Virus record (IMG/VR): IMGVR_UViG_3300025689_000007
Span: 1,180-65,179 of that record
Reading direction: 5' to 3' (one strand)
DNA length: 64,000 bases
Source: a virus
Taxonomy: Duplodnaviria > Caudoviricetes
Both the position numbers and the translations under genes were made by a program. Of this stretch, positions 49,201 to 57,985 are shown piece by piece; positions within the stretch are counted from its first letter, which is position 1; each line of letters starts with the position of its first letter. Below the pieces are notes generated by a model. It was given only the letters and a program-made list of their open reading frames with translations. It searched no databases and was not told the DNA's origin.

Positions 49201-51560
49201 ACAAGGATAGCCAATCCCTGATTTATAAACCAAGAATAATTACTGTGTCTATAATTTTCATTTTCTCTACTCCACCAAATAACAAAATCTTCTCTTTTAT
49301 TTTCTCTCCGAACAGACTTTCGAATTGATGCCTTTCTTCCTAATCGTTGGTTTGCCAATACAAGTTGTCGTGCCAATTCTTTTGATATTGTTGAACAGGA
49401 AATGTTTCTATCTGTTATGTGCCCATTACTCTTTGCATATTCATCAATAACAATTCGAAGATTTTCAACATCTCCAAATAACAATTCATAAGGAATTTTC
49501 TTTTGGTCAGCCTTTTCACCACAATAAAAAGAAAAAAACTTTGACAGGAGGGTAGAACTAACTCTTGCTTGAATTTTTGTTGGATACTCTGTATAACTTC
49601 CAACAGCACCAAAAATCTCTTTTATATCTTCAAGCCACTTTATTACGACATCTTTTTCTTTTATATTTACCGTTATATTCACTCTTGATTTATCTGAAGA
49701 ACATCCTTCGGCAATATACCAACCAAATACATAAGATAAGTCAGATAAATTTATAAATCTTTTGTATTTTTTCTGTTCGCCTTTACCATTATATCCGGTA
49801 TTATACCATACATAATCATTATCATATAATAATCTATTATCAATATCTTTCATATCAATTATGATATTTTTATTATATTTCTGTGGAATGGTTGTTCTTA
49901 CAATCAAATCCCCCTTCTTTATGTCAGATGCCCTCACCCATTCAGGAACAATTTTATCCAGATATTTTCTGAATTTCCCCCTGATTTTTTCTCTTTTTAT
50001 TGTAAGTATGGGATGTTCATTCGTTACATTTATTGGCTCATAATCTGTCCATAAACGGATGGAAATAATATCTTCTTTTATTTTTCTTTCAAATTTTTCA
50101 ATGACTTTTCTTTCTCTTCCAAGATGTGTTATAACATTATCATCTACATTTATATTCTCAATTGGTGTTATTCCTTCGGATGTTACAACTTCAGATCCCT
50201 TTATAACACACAAAGGAAGATTCCATCCTTCTGATCTTGAACAGGTCACAAGACAATGACAAGAACGAAGATAAGAAAGATAAAGATCATCATTTTCCGG
50301 AAGCCCCGTCACAATTTTTATTCGTGGATCAATAAGTTTATGTCCGGCTAATCTTTCCTGTGTAGTGTTGTAATCATCCTGTTTGAATGGGTTTTCAATC
50401 TGACAAATAATATCGACAGGCTCATCTTTCTTGAACTCTTCAATAAAAGCTCTCAAAATTTCTGCGGTAGATTTTCTATAATCCCATCTTCCACAAAGAA
50501 GAAACTTAAACCTTTCATCATTCAATACCTTTATTGGTGGCTCGCCAGGACAGAAAAAATTACCATTAACACCTTCCGGTACAACAAATATCTTATCTGC
50601 CGGATATCCCTGTTCTATCGTGCACCATCTCTGCCAATTTGTGGGAACCCACATCATATCAAATTCAAGTAGTTTTTGAAAAAATTGCTCTGGCTGCCTT
50701 GTGCTCTCCCATACATTGTAGGCAACTTTCGGCCCGTCATAATTCTCATAATAGTAATAATGATTTGTTTCAAGTAGAATAATGTTTATGATTCTATGGT
50801 AAAAATTTCGATTGAATGGTTGACCCAATTGATATGGCGGCTGTGTCCAAGTCTGGTGAATGACCATATTCTTCTGTTTTTCAGAAAGATGTGACAAGTC
50901 TGGTGTGTATGCAAAATTTCTTATTCTTACGGGAAGATGGTCTGCAAGTCGAGTAAAATATTCTCTTGCGTGGTAGGCATATCCAGTATGGGGAATAAAG
51001 CTACAATGACCAATGACCAAATCAAAAGGAATGGGTGTATCAAGTTTCACATTTGGAATTTTTCTCATCTCTACTCCCTTTACACCATAAAATAAAACAC
51101 CCTTTTCGGGATCATCTTCTATAATGACATTTTCCATATCGGAAAAAATTTGTCTGAAATTTTCCTTTGTATATCGCCAGTAATCTGATGGATAGTTGTG
51201 AACTGGAAAGCCGGGTGATCGGGTAGTGATAATAAGCTTGCCGCCTGTACGGAGAACTGAAATCATATTCTCTATGGCGGCCTTCCAATCTTGAACGTGC
51301 TCAAGAACTTCTGTGCATATTACAATGTCAAAACTATTTTCACCATACTTTTTGGCAAGATGTTGAACATCACATATTTCATCAACACCTTTACCCTTTA
51401 CAATATCAGTTCCAAGATACTTTGACGGATTATGTTTCTCGACATAATACCTTGCAGAGCCATTTATATCGAGGGAACCAACTTCAAGGATATTTTTACC
51501 AGCAATATCTTCCGGTTTCAAATATTTTTCAACAAACGACAAACATGCTTGATTACACAT
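46296..51560 (-). CDS. multi-domain methyltransferase/glycosyltransferase protein with intein and C-terminal BAHT (TibC/Aah)-like domain
   Basis: MTase 1 (ILEVGS..SFDIVICTEVLEHV); GT-B/GT4 (GRWDYRK, RSEGWNLP); intein; MTase 2 (LHLGCG, YSSHLMEH); C-terminal SKALGDTLAWFPY...FIG.GSGLSWLAWAL..P..LISGFS...CRGC..WCP..EC. Confidence 0.85.
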   Translation of the reverse strand: MCNQACLSFVEKYLKPEDIAGKNILEVGSLDINGSARYYVEKHNPSKYLGTDIVKGKGVDEICDVQHLAKKYGENSFDIVICTEVLEHVQDWKAAIENMISVLRTGGKLIITTRSPGFPVHNYPSDYWRYTKENFRQIFSDMENVIIEDDPEKGVLFYGVKGVEMRKIPNVKLDTPIPFDLVIGHCSFIPHTGYAYHAREYFTRLADHLPVRIRNFAYTPDLSHLSEKQKNMVIHQTWTQPPYQLGQPFNRNFYHRIINIILLETNHYYYYENYDGPKVAYNVWESTRQPEQFFQKLLEFDMMWVPTNWQRWCTIEQGYPADKIFVVPEGVNGNFFCPGEPPIKVLNDERFKFLLCGRWDYRKSTAEILRAFIEEFKKDEPVDIICQIENPFKQDDYNTTQERLAGHKLIDPRIKIVTGLPENDDLYLSYLRSCHCLVTCSRSEGWNLPLCVIKGSEVVTSEGITPIENINVDDNVITHLGRERKVIEKFERKIKEDIISIRLWTDYEPINVTNEHPILTIKREKIRGKFRKYLDKIVPEWVRASDIKKGDLIVRTTIPQKYNKNIIIDMKDIDNRLLYDNDYVWYNTGYNGKGEQKKYKRFINLSDLSYVFGWYIAEGCSSDKSRVNITVNIKEKDVVIKWLEDIKEIFGAVGSYTEYPTKIQARVSSTLLSKFFSFYCGEKADQKKIPYELLFGDVENLRIVIDEYAKSNGHITDRNISCSTISKELARQLVLANQRLGRKASIRKSVRRENKREDFVIWWSRENENYRHSNYSWFINQGLAILVKDVKNIFYDGPVYNFEVEEDESYLLCNVTVHNCQGIATGIPTIASNWGAQLEFCKDASHLVNIKELRRPENVFMQKDTPGEWAEPDYEHLKKVMREIYENYEECKKKALKQSEVVRRDFTWEKAVDKSVEILKQFGSGKSKGKKVETKRLHLGCGGDIKVGYINADKFDKRADVNFDAKEIPYDDQTFDEVYSSHLMEHFNKYEVPVVFKECYRILNYGGKLVFEVPDFEWVVKTWLGKTDEEKWGFHLDTIFGLQTNEGEQHKVGFTRGKLKSLLAEAGFRNIVMKDIWSHDQQCIYVEAQKRHLKEIFIIDTYPDLPEKEELTIGMIEEVKDRGYPVLLVSHYPISTDIQKMVNYYVYDANNIMSDGWNLNYWFQNEEVKIVSQYETKYHGAACYSSLVNAVRVLSQYDIAHFIEFDIDADLDLYLSEAGKKLEKYKLVGFMYDEEQNTRKVAGMEPTYGIISNLFSFDIKWMNERMKDISSWSDYNKVIAEASEKTKIRIDLIFENWLYNYFKANADWKDIFLFTKNDMKYKIIKERNLFDQGKKEPIERVFLSETADNKVVQFTVNTETKKWSYKIVEREENKDYTKTNFKFKDGRLICKRWNPSDDKGWMESEDKIAVTFIDGVKVEITGNSSSEYDVGFFDKDVNLQIHRGKIKPNHWIAPNARYYVNWQIMINKDGKPYKSYELDLVNNKVLVYFDSKALGDTLAWFPYAKIFKEKHGCKNFYVSTFWNRIFEKEYPDLKFVEPGQFRPDIYYNVGCRDNDYHSNKNNWRLVPLQKVATDYLGLEYEEVRPKVTAEKKNVKKPYVTISEHSTLLCKRWHYPLGWQTVVDALNDRGYGVMVVSKEPTQLKNIIDRTNSTIQQTINNIYNSRLFIGVGSGLSWLAWALNIPVILISGFSEPWSEMNDCIRISPPEGICRGCYNDIKHPYDRGNWTWCPRNKKYECSRTIKPEVIIEQIDKIL
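49104..50210 (-). mobile_element. class 1 intein with LAGLIDADG-type domain, 369 aa
   Basis: Starts CVIKGSEV, has block B VTNEHP, ends VYNFEVEEDESYL..VTVHN/C; endonuclease motif FGWYIAEG; second motif degenerate (YAKSNG). Confidence 0.92.
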
Positions 51561-51974
51561 TTATAATAATAACCCGATAAGTATTCCTGCTCCAAGAAAA
51601 CCGGCGTACTCCAATATCTGATACATCATATTGGGCTTGGATTGTTTCAGCTGTTTCTCGTAAGCTTCTCCCTGTGCTTTGATGGTTTCCTGTAAAACTT
51701 CAACTGTTTTCTTGGATGCCTCCAATTGCTGTTGTTGTAGGTCAACAACTTCCTTCATCAGTTTTACTTGTTTATACAATTCGGCATTTTGATCCTTGAG
51801 TATCTGAAGTTCTTCCTTCATAATATTGGCTCTCTCAAGTTCGACAACTATCTTTGCAGCATTTTCCTCTGATAAACAGACTTCTTCTGCAAAAGAAACA
51901 TTAGCGAACAGGAGGATACCCAAGATCAGTAAGCCTACGCTTAGTTTCTGCAACATTTGTGGGCATCTGAACAT
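51561..51974 (-). CDS. putative spanin-like component (signal peptide, coiled coil, C-terminal hydrophobic anchor)
   Basis: N-terminal hydrophobic segment ending SFA, long heptad region, C-terminal GFLGAGILIGLLL; last gene of the lysis cassette. Confidence 0.45.
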   Translation of the reverse strand: MFRCPQMLQKLSVGLLILGILLFANVSFAEEVCLSEENAAKIVVELERANIMKEELQILKDQNAELYKQVKLMKEVVDLQQQQLEASKKTVEVLQETIKAQGEAYEKQLKQSKPNMMYQILEYAGFLGAGILIGLLL

Positions 51975-52278
51975 TTTGTATCTTTGCCTCCAATTCTTTT
52001 ATTTTAGTACGAAGTTTCTTTAATTCTGCTTGTGACTTGTTTAATTGGATTTTGTAACTCTCAATTTGTGTTTCCTTGATTTTCAATTCTGCTTCATATT
52101 GGTCACTTATCTCCTGTAACCTATCGCTGAAGATACCTTCAAGAAGACCGGGAACTGCTCCCCAATTTTTATAGGCATAAGCACCACCAAAAACAAGGCC
52201 ACCAATGGTCACAGCAATAATCAATACCGCTTTGAAAGACTTTATAAATTCCCAAACATTTGTCATAATAATCACCAA
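51901..52278 (-). CDS. putative i-spanin (Rz-like)
   Basis: Single N-terminal TM plus coiled coil, directly after the endolysin gene. Confidence 0.55.
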   Translation of the reverse strand: MVIIMTNVWEFIKSFKAVLIIAVTIGGLVFGGAYAYKNWGAVPGLLEGIFSDRLQEISDQYEAELKIKETQIESYKIQLNKSQAELKKLRTKIKELEAKIQNVQMPTNVAETKRRLTDLGYPPVR

Positions 52279-52871
52279 AATTTTATTTGATCTATATTTT
52301 GACTTCTATAAACCTTACCATATTTATGAACCTTCACAGAGTAATCATAGTTCACTTCACAAAAATCAAGTACCTGACCACTCTTGAGGGTCACTTTTCT
52401 TCTTTTACAGTTTTCTTTCATTGCGAGCCAGTCAACCTTACCGGCTCTCCTGTATTCAGATTTCAGATTTCCATATCCACCATTGTATGCTTGATATGTC
52501 AACCACAATCTCTTTTGTTCATCCCAATTTTGCCTATGAAGGGATGACATATAATATGCCTGCATTCTGATGGCGTGTTCCGGATTGTAGGGATCAAGGT
52601 TCGTTTTCATCAGACGATTTATTTCTTTTGCGGTTGCTGGCATAAATTGTGCAATACCCATCCCCTGATCCCACGCCGTAGCTTTTGCTCTACAGTTACT
52701 TTCCTGTCTCAATTGTCCAATACCGTACCACCAAGAAGCCCGAGGGCCGAAATACCTGATATGTTGCGCTCTCACATCCGGTATGAAATCATCACATCTG
52801 TCAAGGGACAATGAATTAACCGGAAGTAGAATCAGAATCAGTATTATCAGTAATTTTAAAAGTTTTTGCAT
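52272..52871 (-). CDS. lytic transglycosylase endolysin with N-terminal signal sequence
   Basis: Hydrophobic N-terminus; QLRQES, GIAQFMPAT, AYNGG SLT motifs. Confidence 0.85.
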   Translation of the reverse strand: MQKLLKLLIILILILLPVNSLSLDRCDDFIPDVRAQHIRYFGPRASWWYGIGQLRQESNCRAKATAWDQGMGIAQFMPATAKEINRLMKTNLDPYNPEHAIRMQAYYMSSLHRQNWDEQKRLWLTYQAYNGGYGNLKSEYRRAGKVDWLAMKENCKRRKVTLKSGQVLDFCEVNYDYSVKVHKYGKVYRSQNIDQIKFW

Positions 52872-53085
52872 CTACAATATACTCCACGGTTTTCTTGGTA
52901 GACCAAATTCCAAAAGACGCTGAGAAAAACCATATCATAATATATTGCAAAGCAAGTATACTTTTCTGGATTTTCTCATCTATTATACCATAAACTATGA
53001 GAAAAAGAAAGGTGAATGTTATAAAAGCGTTGATAAATCCACCTCTTATTTTCTTCTCTTTTCTGTCCAAAATATAGTCTATCAT
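52816..53085 (-). CDS. small two-TM membrane protein, holin/antiholin-like
   Basis: Two hydrophobic segments; in the lysis cassette. Confidence 0.5.
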   Translation of the reverse strand: MIDYILDRKEKKIRGGFINAFITFTFLFLIVYGIIDEKIQKSILALQYIMIWFFSASFGIWSTKKTVEYIVDAKTFKITDNTDSDSTSG

Positions 53086-53156
53086 CTATTTTTCCCTCTA
53101 TCTAAAGCCTTCTGTTGATAACATTTTTTATAATGTAAACATCTGAAATCATTGGA

Positions 53157-53486
53157 CTACCCGCCGCGTGCCCAAGCAAAAATTATGATCATATACCAAC
53201 CAACAACCATCAACTTTCTAACCATATCAGTTTCTGTGCTGAAGTTAATATAGTTCCACATTATCTTTCTTGTGATGTGTGCATGAAGAATACCAGCAGA
53301 AATGAACATAAGTTTACCTACAAAAATACTAAGTAAACCCATCTTCGGATTTTCCTGAAGAAAAAATTCTGTTGGTATAAAAAACAATACAAGAAAAATT
53401 GAAAGAAGAGCTAAGATATCTGGCCACAATCTCTTGAAGTTCCAAATAAAGTTGCTCCACACTGAAAACTCTTCACCGTTTGACAT
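53157..53486 (-). CDS. putative holin (three TM)
   Basis: Three hydrophobic segments, ends FAWARGG; upstream of the endolysin gene. Confidence 0.6.
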   Translation of the reverse strand: MSNGEEFSVWSNFIWNFKRLWPDILALLSIFLVLFFIPTEFFLQENPKMGLLSIFVGKLMFISAGILHAHITRKIMWNYINFSTETDMVRKLMVVGWYMIIIFAWARGG

Positions 53487-53498
53487 AAAACACCTCCC

Positions 53499-54737
53499 TT
53501 ATTTTATTGTATAATCTTTTCCTGAATAAGCCAGAGGAACTACCTGTGGCGGATCACCTGTATAATCTGTAAATTCAATTTTTAATTTTGGTGCATAAGC
53601 ATATTTGTCCACATAATATGGACTATCGCCACCAAGAGATGTTATTTGCAGATAGCTATTAGGTACTGAAACATAGGTTTCAAATCCCATTAGCATAATT
53701 GCATTACCCTGTCTATAGCCAAGCTTGTTAATAACCTCTTGAAGTGGCTCTGTAAAACCAGATGCCATTAGATACCAAGTCCAACTGACCATATCTGTAG
53801 TCCAGACATTACTATAATATTTGGTAGTTTTGACAAGGGCAGCCCATGCATCCTCATCATCATTAGGTGGTGAAATTGCATTATTAATATAATTTGCATA
53901 TATATCATAATTTACATCAAGTGTCTGTGATATTGATCTATTGAATTGATATAGACTTGCAGATGTAATTATAGACCTTCTTGGAATATTACAACTTGGA
54001 AACCTCAATCCCCAATCATATAAAATTGGTACTGAAAAACGAGTGCTAGCTCCCCAAGGAAGAAAGGAGTAGGTGGATGGGGGAACTTCAATATCGTCAT
54101 AGCTTGGATTTGAGGGGCATCTAATAGCAGATATAATATCAGTTGTTGCCTGTGCCTGACCATACCATTTATTTTCAGTTGTAAATGTAACAACCAAAAC
54201 AGGACACCGTTGTGATCCATCCCCTGTACCATCAATGCGACGATACACAAGACTATCAGACCCATTATCCTGAATACCGATTAATATATAACCACCCTCA
54301 GACCATCCTGCTTCGGAGATTTTTTCCTGTATAAGAGATGTTATAGACGGAGTGTTTCTTTTTGCTGATAAGTCGGGCCCGCTACCACCAAATTCCTCAA
54401 CATTATTCCACTCCACAGTAGTCGTACTCCAAGTTTTTGCGTCATATTGCGCATGTGTTGTTGGTGCCGTGGGATCATCCGCCACTTTTATAATTGCATT
54501 ACAAGTATGCAGATTAGGAGAATTATGACCTAAAAATCTTATATACGCATAATTTATTATAGAGCCCTGTGGAATATAAATGGGCCCAAATCTTATAAAA
54601 CAATCATATTTATATGTTCCATTATAATCTCCAAAAGATGCTGAGCCCGTGTTGAAGCTGGCAGAACTGTATACATAGCCTATATTTTGATAACGATCTT
54701 CAATACCAAAACTCAATGTTGAAGTAACAGATGCCAT
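53499..54737 (-). CDS. virion surface protein with two beta-sandwich repeats
   Basis: Duplicated .RF....IP..S.I..A.L module, each ending P.L...FT. Confidence 0.55.
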   Translation of the reverse strand: MASVTSTLSFGIEDRYQNIGYVYSSASFNTGSASFGDYNGTYKYDCFIRFGPIYIPQGSIINYAYIRFLGHNSPNLHTCNAIIKVADDPTAPTTHAQYDAKTWSTTTVEWNNVEEFGGSGPDLSAKRNTPSITSLIQEKISEAGWSEGGYILIGIQDNGSDSLVYRRIDGTGDGSQRCPVLVVTFTTENKWYGQAQATTDIISAIRCPSNPSYDDIEVPPSTYSFLPWGASTRFSVPILYDWGLRFPSCNIPRRSIITSASLYQFNRSISQTLDVNYDIYANYINNAISPPNDDEDAWAALVKTTKYYSNVWTTDMVSWTWYLMASGFTEPLQEVINKLGYRQGNAIMLMGFETYVSVPNSYLQITSLGGDSPYYVDKYAYAPKLKIEFTDYTGDPPQVVPLAYSGKDYTIK

Positions 54738-54746
54738 AGAAATTCC

Positions 54747-56678
54747 TTATGCCTTGGTAAATGTCAAGGCTACAGATAATCCGTATGCTGGTGTCGGGTC
54801 GTGAACAGTATCCACATCAATGAATATCAAGTCACCCGTAGCCACATCATCATTACTGGTGTCTATTACACCATCCCTTGCATAATATTCACCAGAACCA
54901 ACCGTTACAGGGGTTAATAACATATCAACTTCGGATCCGGCTCTCCTTCTCCTCACTTGTATATCCATATCGGGTTCATATGTTCCTGTGCCCGGTATGG
55001 CTACTGAGGCGATTATATCTGTCAATTCATAACCGTTCAAATCAAGAGGAATGACAAATCCCGTATATCCAGCACCGGATGCACAAGGAGTATCGGAATC
55101 AAAGATTGGAATCGTTGTGAGTGCCAATGATTCACCAGATGTTCCACTTGAACCACTTGTGCCTGAACTTCCTGATGTTCCTGATACCCCAGATGTTCCA
55201 CTTGAGCCAGAGGTTCCGGAAGAACCAGAGGTTCCACTTGAACCGGATGTACCGGGAGCCCCGGAAGAACCATCATTACCACTCTTCACCCAAGAAACGA
55301 TAACTCGATCAGTATTTGATATTGTACCATTACTATCAACATATGTTACCCATGCTCTGTAATAACCTGTGGCAGAAAGAACACCGATAACTTCGAATAA
55401 AACGAATGTATTCGGATCGCCAACTTTTGACAATCTCAAATATCCGGTTGTGGCGGTATCTCCATGTAAAATATAAAGAACTGGATAATTTGATCCATAT
55501 TCAGAAGTATAATATGTTCTACTTGTCGAAAATCCCCCCGTATATGTATCCAAGATAAAAACAAAATCATCTGTTGGTGCATGACTATTATTCTGTAAAA
55601 TACAATTCAAAGGAGCTGCAATATTTGGTGTGTCATAAGTAGAACCCAATACCCATTCTGGTATTCTCCAATCTACATAATCTTGTAATCTTGTAAGTGC
55701 TAATGCTGTAGCTACATTTGTTGGTGCTGCGCTAACTGTTCCATATATCAATACTCTTGGTGGATGATTCTCAGGTGTTGTTCCACCATTCGCCGCGGCT
55801 GTGAATCTTATAAATGCTTTACTTATTTTCGTTGTTTTATAAATTGTTTCATCACTTCTGAATTTTATGTAGGAATGGTTCCAATTAGGGCCCATTGCAA
55901 TTGTTGTACTTGAGGATGAGAAAGTCTCAAGGCCGGGCCATAAATTCCAATATGAATCATCTGTTCCACCACCGGAAGGCTCATAAATTGATAATGTCGA
56001 AATTATACTATCCCAAAATCCAGTTATATCATTCGAATAATCATCAGTTCCGTTAATATAGAGATATGTTACATTTGCGGGAGTTGCATTATTAAATCTC
56101 AATTTTCCTGCGCCGGGGTCGGCGTCAGATGTCGTAGAATCAAACTCATATTGAAAACCGGCAGAAATGCCTGAAGTACCAGAAGAACCTGAAGTTCCGG
56201 AAGTTCCACTTGTGCCACTACTTCCAGAAGTTCCAGAGATTCCACTTGAACCAGAGGTACCGGATGTTCCACCAGCGCCGCTTGCCCCACCAGTAAGAAT
56301 TGCTTTTCCAGAAATTGCTGAACTAAAAGTAATTTCCAATTCATCACTATCTATGTAGTGAATTTCAAGAGGATCAATAATATTATCATCGGCATCGTCC
56401 ACAACCATAACCGTGACATATTTCTGACCAAGAGAATGTGTAATAGACCATGCGGTTGCGGGTGTTGATTGTGTAAACAACTCATATCCACCACTACCGC
56501 CACCGCCACCAGTTCCCACTTCAAGCCAATCACTATCCGTTCCATAATAGAGTTTATCATCGTCTTCATTATAAACAAGTCTACCATAATCGTCGGCTGT
56601 CCATGTGGGAAGAGTTGCCAATTTCTCAAGAATGAGCTTCCCTTGAAAATCCTTACCGTAACTTTTTGTTCTCGCCAT
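54747..56678 (-). CDS. fibre-like protein with Gly-X-Ser runs
   Basis: Shared N-terminal module, W.I.H.L module, two (GTS/GSS)n runs, ADPGAGKLRFN motif. Confidence 0.7.
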   Translation of the reverse strand: MARTKSYGKDFQGKLILEKLATLPTWTADDYGRLVYNEDDDKLYYGTDSDWLEVGTGGGGGSGGYELFTQSTPATAWSITHSLGQKYVTVMVVDDADDNIIDPLEIHYIDSDELEITFSSAISGKAILTGGASGAGGTSGTSGSSGISGTSGSSGTSGTSGTSGSSGTSGISAGFQYEFDSTTSDADPGAGKLRFNNATPANVTYLYINGTDDYSNDITGFWDSIISTLSIYEPSGGGTDDSYWNLWPGLETFSSSSTTIAMGPNWNHSYIKFRSDETIYKTTKISKAFIRFTAAANGGTTPENHPPRVLIYGTVSAAPTNVATALALTRLQDYVDWRIPEWVLGSTYDTPNIAAPLNCILQNNSHAPTDDFVFILDTYTGGFSTSRTYYTSEYGSNYPVLYILHGDTATTGYLRLSKVGDPNTFVLFEVIGVLSATGYYRAWVTYVDSNGTISNTDRVIVSWVKSGNDGSSGAPGTSGSSGTSGSSGTSGSSGTSGVSGTSGSSGTSGSSGTSGESLALTTIPIFDSDTPCASGAGYTGFVIPLDLNGYELTDIIASVAIPGTGTYEPDMDIQVRRRRAGSEVDMLLTPVTVGSGEYYARDGVIDTSNDDVATGDLIFIDVDTVHDPTPAYGLSVALTFTKA

Positions 56679-56703
56679 TTACAGATCCTCTATATCGATA
56701 TTT

Positions 56704-57078
56704 TTACATCCCTCTACCGTAATTGTCTTGAAGAGTTATAGATACTATAACATAATCTTCTTGCGCAGATTCATCAGTAACTTTCACATATGCCGCGGTG
56801 GACCCGATATCGGCAGATGTATAATCCAAATATGCCAACTGTGGGTTTGTACTCGAACTCCAAGACATTCCATTCTTGCTCATATGATATGTAATTTCAC
56901 CAATCCCGCCATGAACAGACACTATCAAATCAAAGGCTGTAAGTCTCGTTGACGCCGGGGTTCTATTAGCAAGGTCTATATTAATATTATTTATTGTGAC
57001 TATTTCAAGAACCTCATCTCCCGTTGGATCAAAAACGAACTCTGTTTTACCTATGAACCTTTTCCCGTGTGATCTCAT
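56704..57078 (-). CDS. small virion-like protein
   Basis: N-terminus MRSHGKRFIGK resembles that of the adjacent fibre gene; beta-rich. Confidence 0.5.
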   Translation of the reverse strand: MRSHGKRFIGKTEFVFDPTGDEVLEIVTINNINIDLANRTPASTRLTAFDLIVSVHGGIGEITYHMSKNGMSWSSSTNPQLAYLDYTSADIGSTAAYVKVTDESAQEDYVIVSITLQDNYGRGM

Positions 57079-57090
57079 CCTATTTCCTCA

Positions 57091-57666
57091 TTATGATTTC
57101 GTGCAAATAATTCCTATAGCAGCATATGGGCGGTATGTATTCGTAGTACCAGAACTTGTGGTGCTACCCCCCGTTGCAGAACCACTTGTCAATGTTCTGT
57201 TAGATGTCATATAATCAACATATTCAGCATGACCGCGGCCAACAGCAAGTTGGCCGTAACCATATATATTACTATGAGGCCAGCCGCTGTCGCCCGGAAT
57301 TACTACTGAATGTGTATGGTCTGCCGTCATATGTGTATGGCCGGGTTGTGTCCAAGTTCCCGCTAAATTTCCACCAGCAACATTGAAAGAACTTGTTCCA
57401 CCTTTTACACCTATAAGAGCATCGGCAACAGAAACATCAATTGTCCATCCTACTGGAGCCGTATTCTGATAAAAATACATCTTTACTCCAGAAACAATAC
57501 CAGAAGATATTGACACTAATACCCAATCAGTGGATGTTCCGTAATAGAGACTATCCGCAGACTCATCATAAATCAATCTACCTTCATCACTTGCAGACCA
57601 TGCCGGTAATGTTGCTTCCCTTTGAACATAAAATGGGCCTTGATTATTAAATCCGTAGGAATCCAT
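57091..57666 (-). CDS. short fibre protein with collar-like C-terminus
   Basis: Shared N-terminal module; G.KM.F.Q..AP.GW tail-collar-like motif; H.H; terminal RP......C.K. Confidence 0.65.
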   Translation of the reverse strand: MDSYGFNNQGPFYVQREATLPAWSASDEGRLIYDESADSLYYGTSTDWVLVSISSGIVSGVKMYFYQNTAPVGWTIDVSVADALIGVKGGTSSFNVAGGNLAGTWTQPGHTHMTADHTHSVVIPGDSGWPHSNIYGYGQLAVGRGHAEYVDYMTSNRTLTSGSATGGSTTSSGTTNTYRPYAAIGIICTKS

Positions 57667-57745
57667 ATATTTTTCCTCTTATATTTTTACTTTTTTTATC
57701 CGTACCACCCTCACAATGAATCCAATTTGTTTATATTTATGAAAA

Positions 57746-57913
57746 TTATTCTTCTGTTTTGCCTATAAATCTCTGTAGAGTCTCTTTCACTTTCAGAAGT
57801 CTCTCTTTCTGTTGCTCCATTTCGGGGGTAAGAACTTGATCCTCAAATGTTGCAAGTCTTTCATTAATCATCATTATCCTTTTTTCTAATATCGAATTCC
57901 TTTTCTGATTCAT
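57746..57913 (-). CDS. 55-aa coiled-coil ORF (below the ORF-track cutoff)
   Basis: Strong SD AAGGAGG then MNQKRNSILEKRIMMINERLATFEDQVLTPEMEQQKERLLKVKETLQRFIGKTEE. Confidence 0.6.
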   Translation of the reverse strand: MNQKRNSILEKRIMMINERLATFEDQVLTPEMEQQKERLLKVKETLQRFIGKTEE

Positions 57914-57985
57914 ATTTTCCTCCTTATATCAAATATCACTATCGTTTCCTCCAGAGGGGTTTGATTATAGATATATGTTTTTCTA

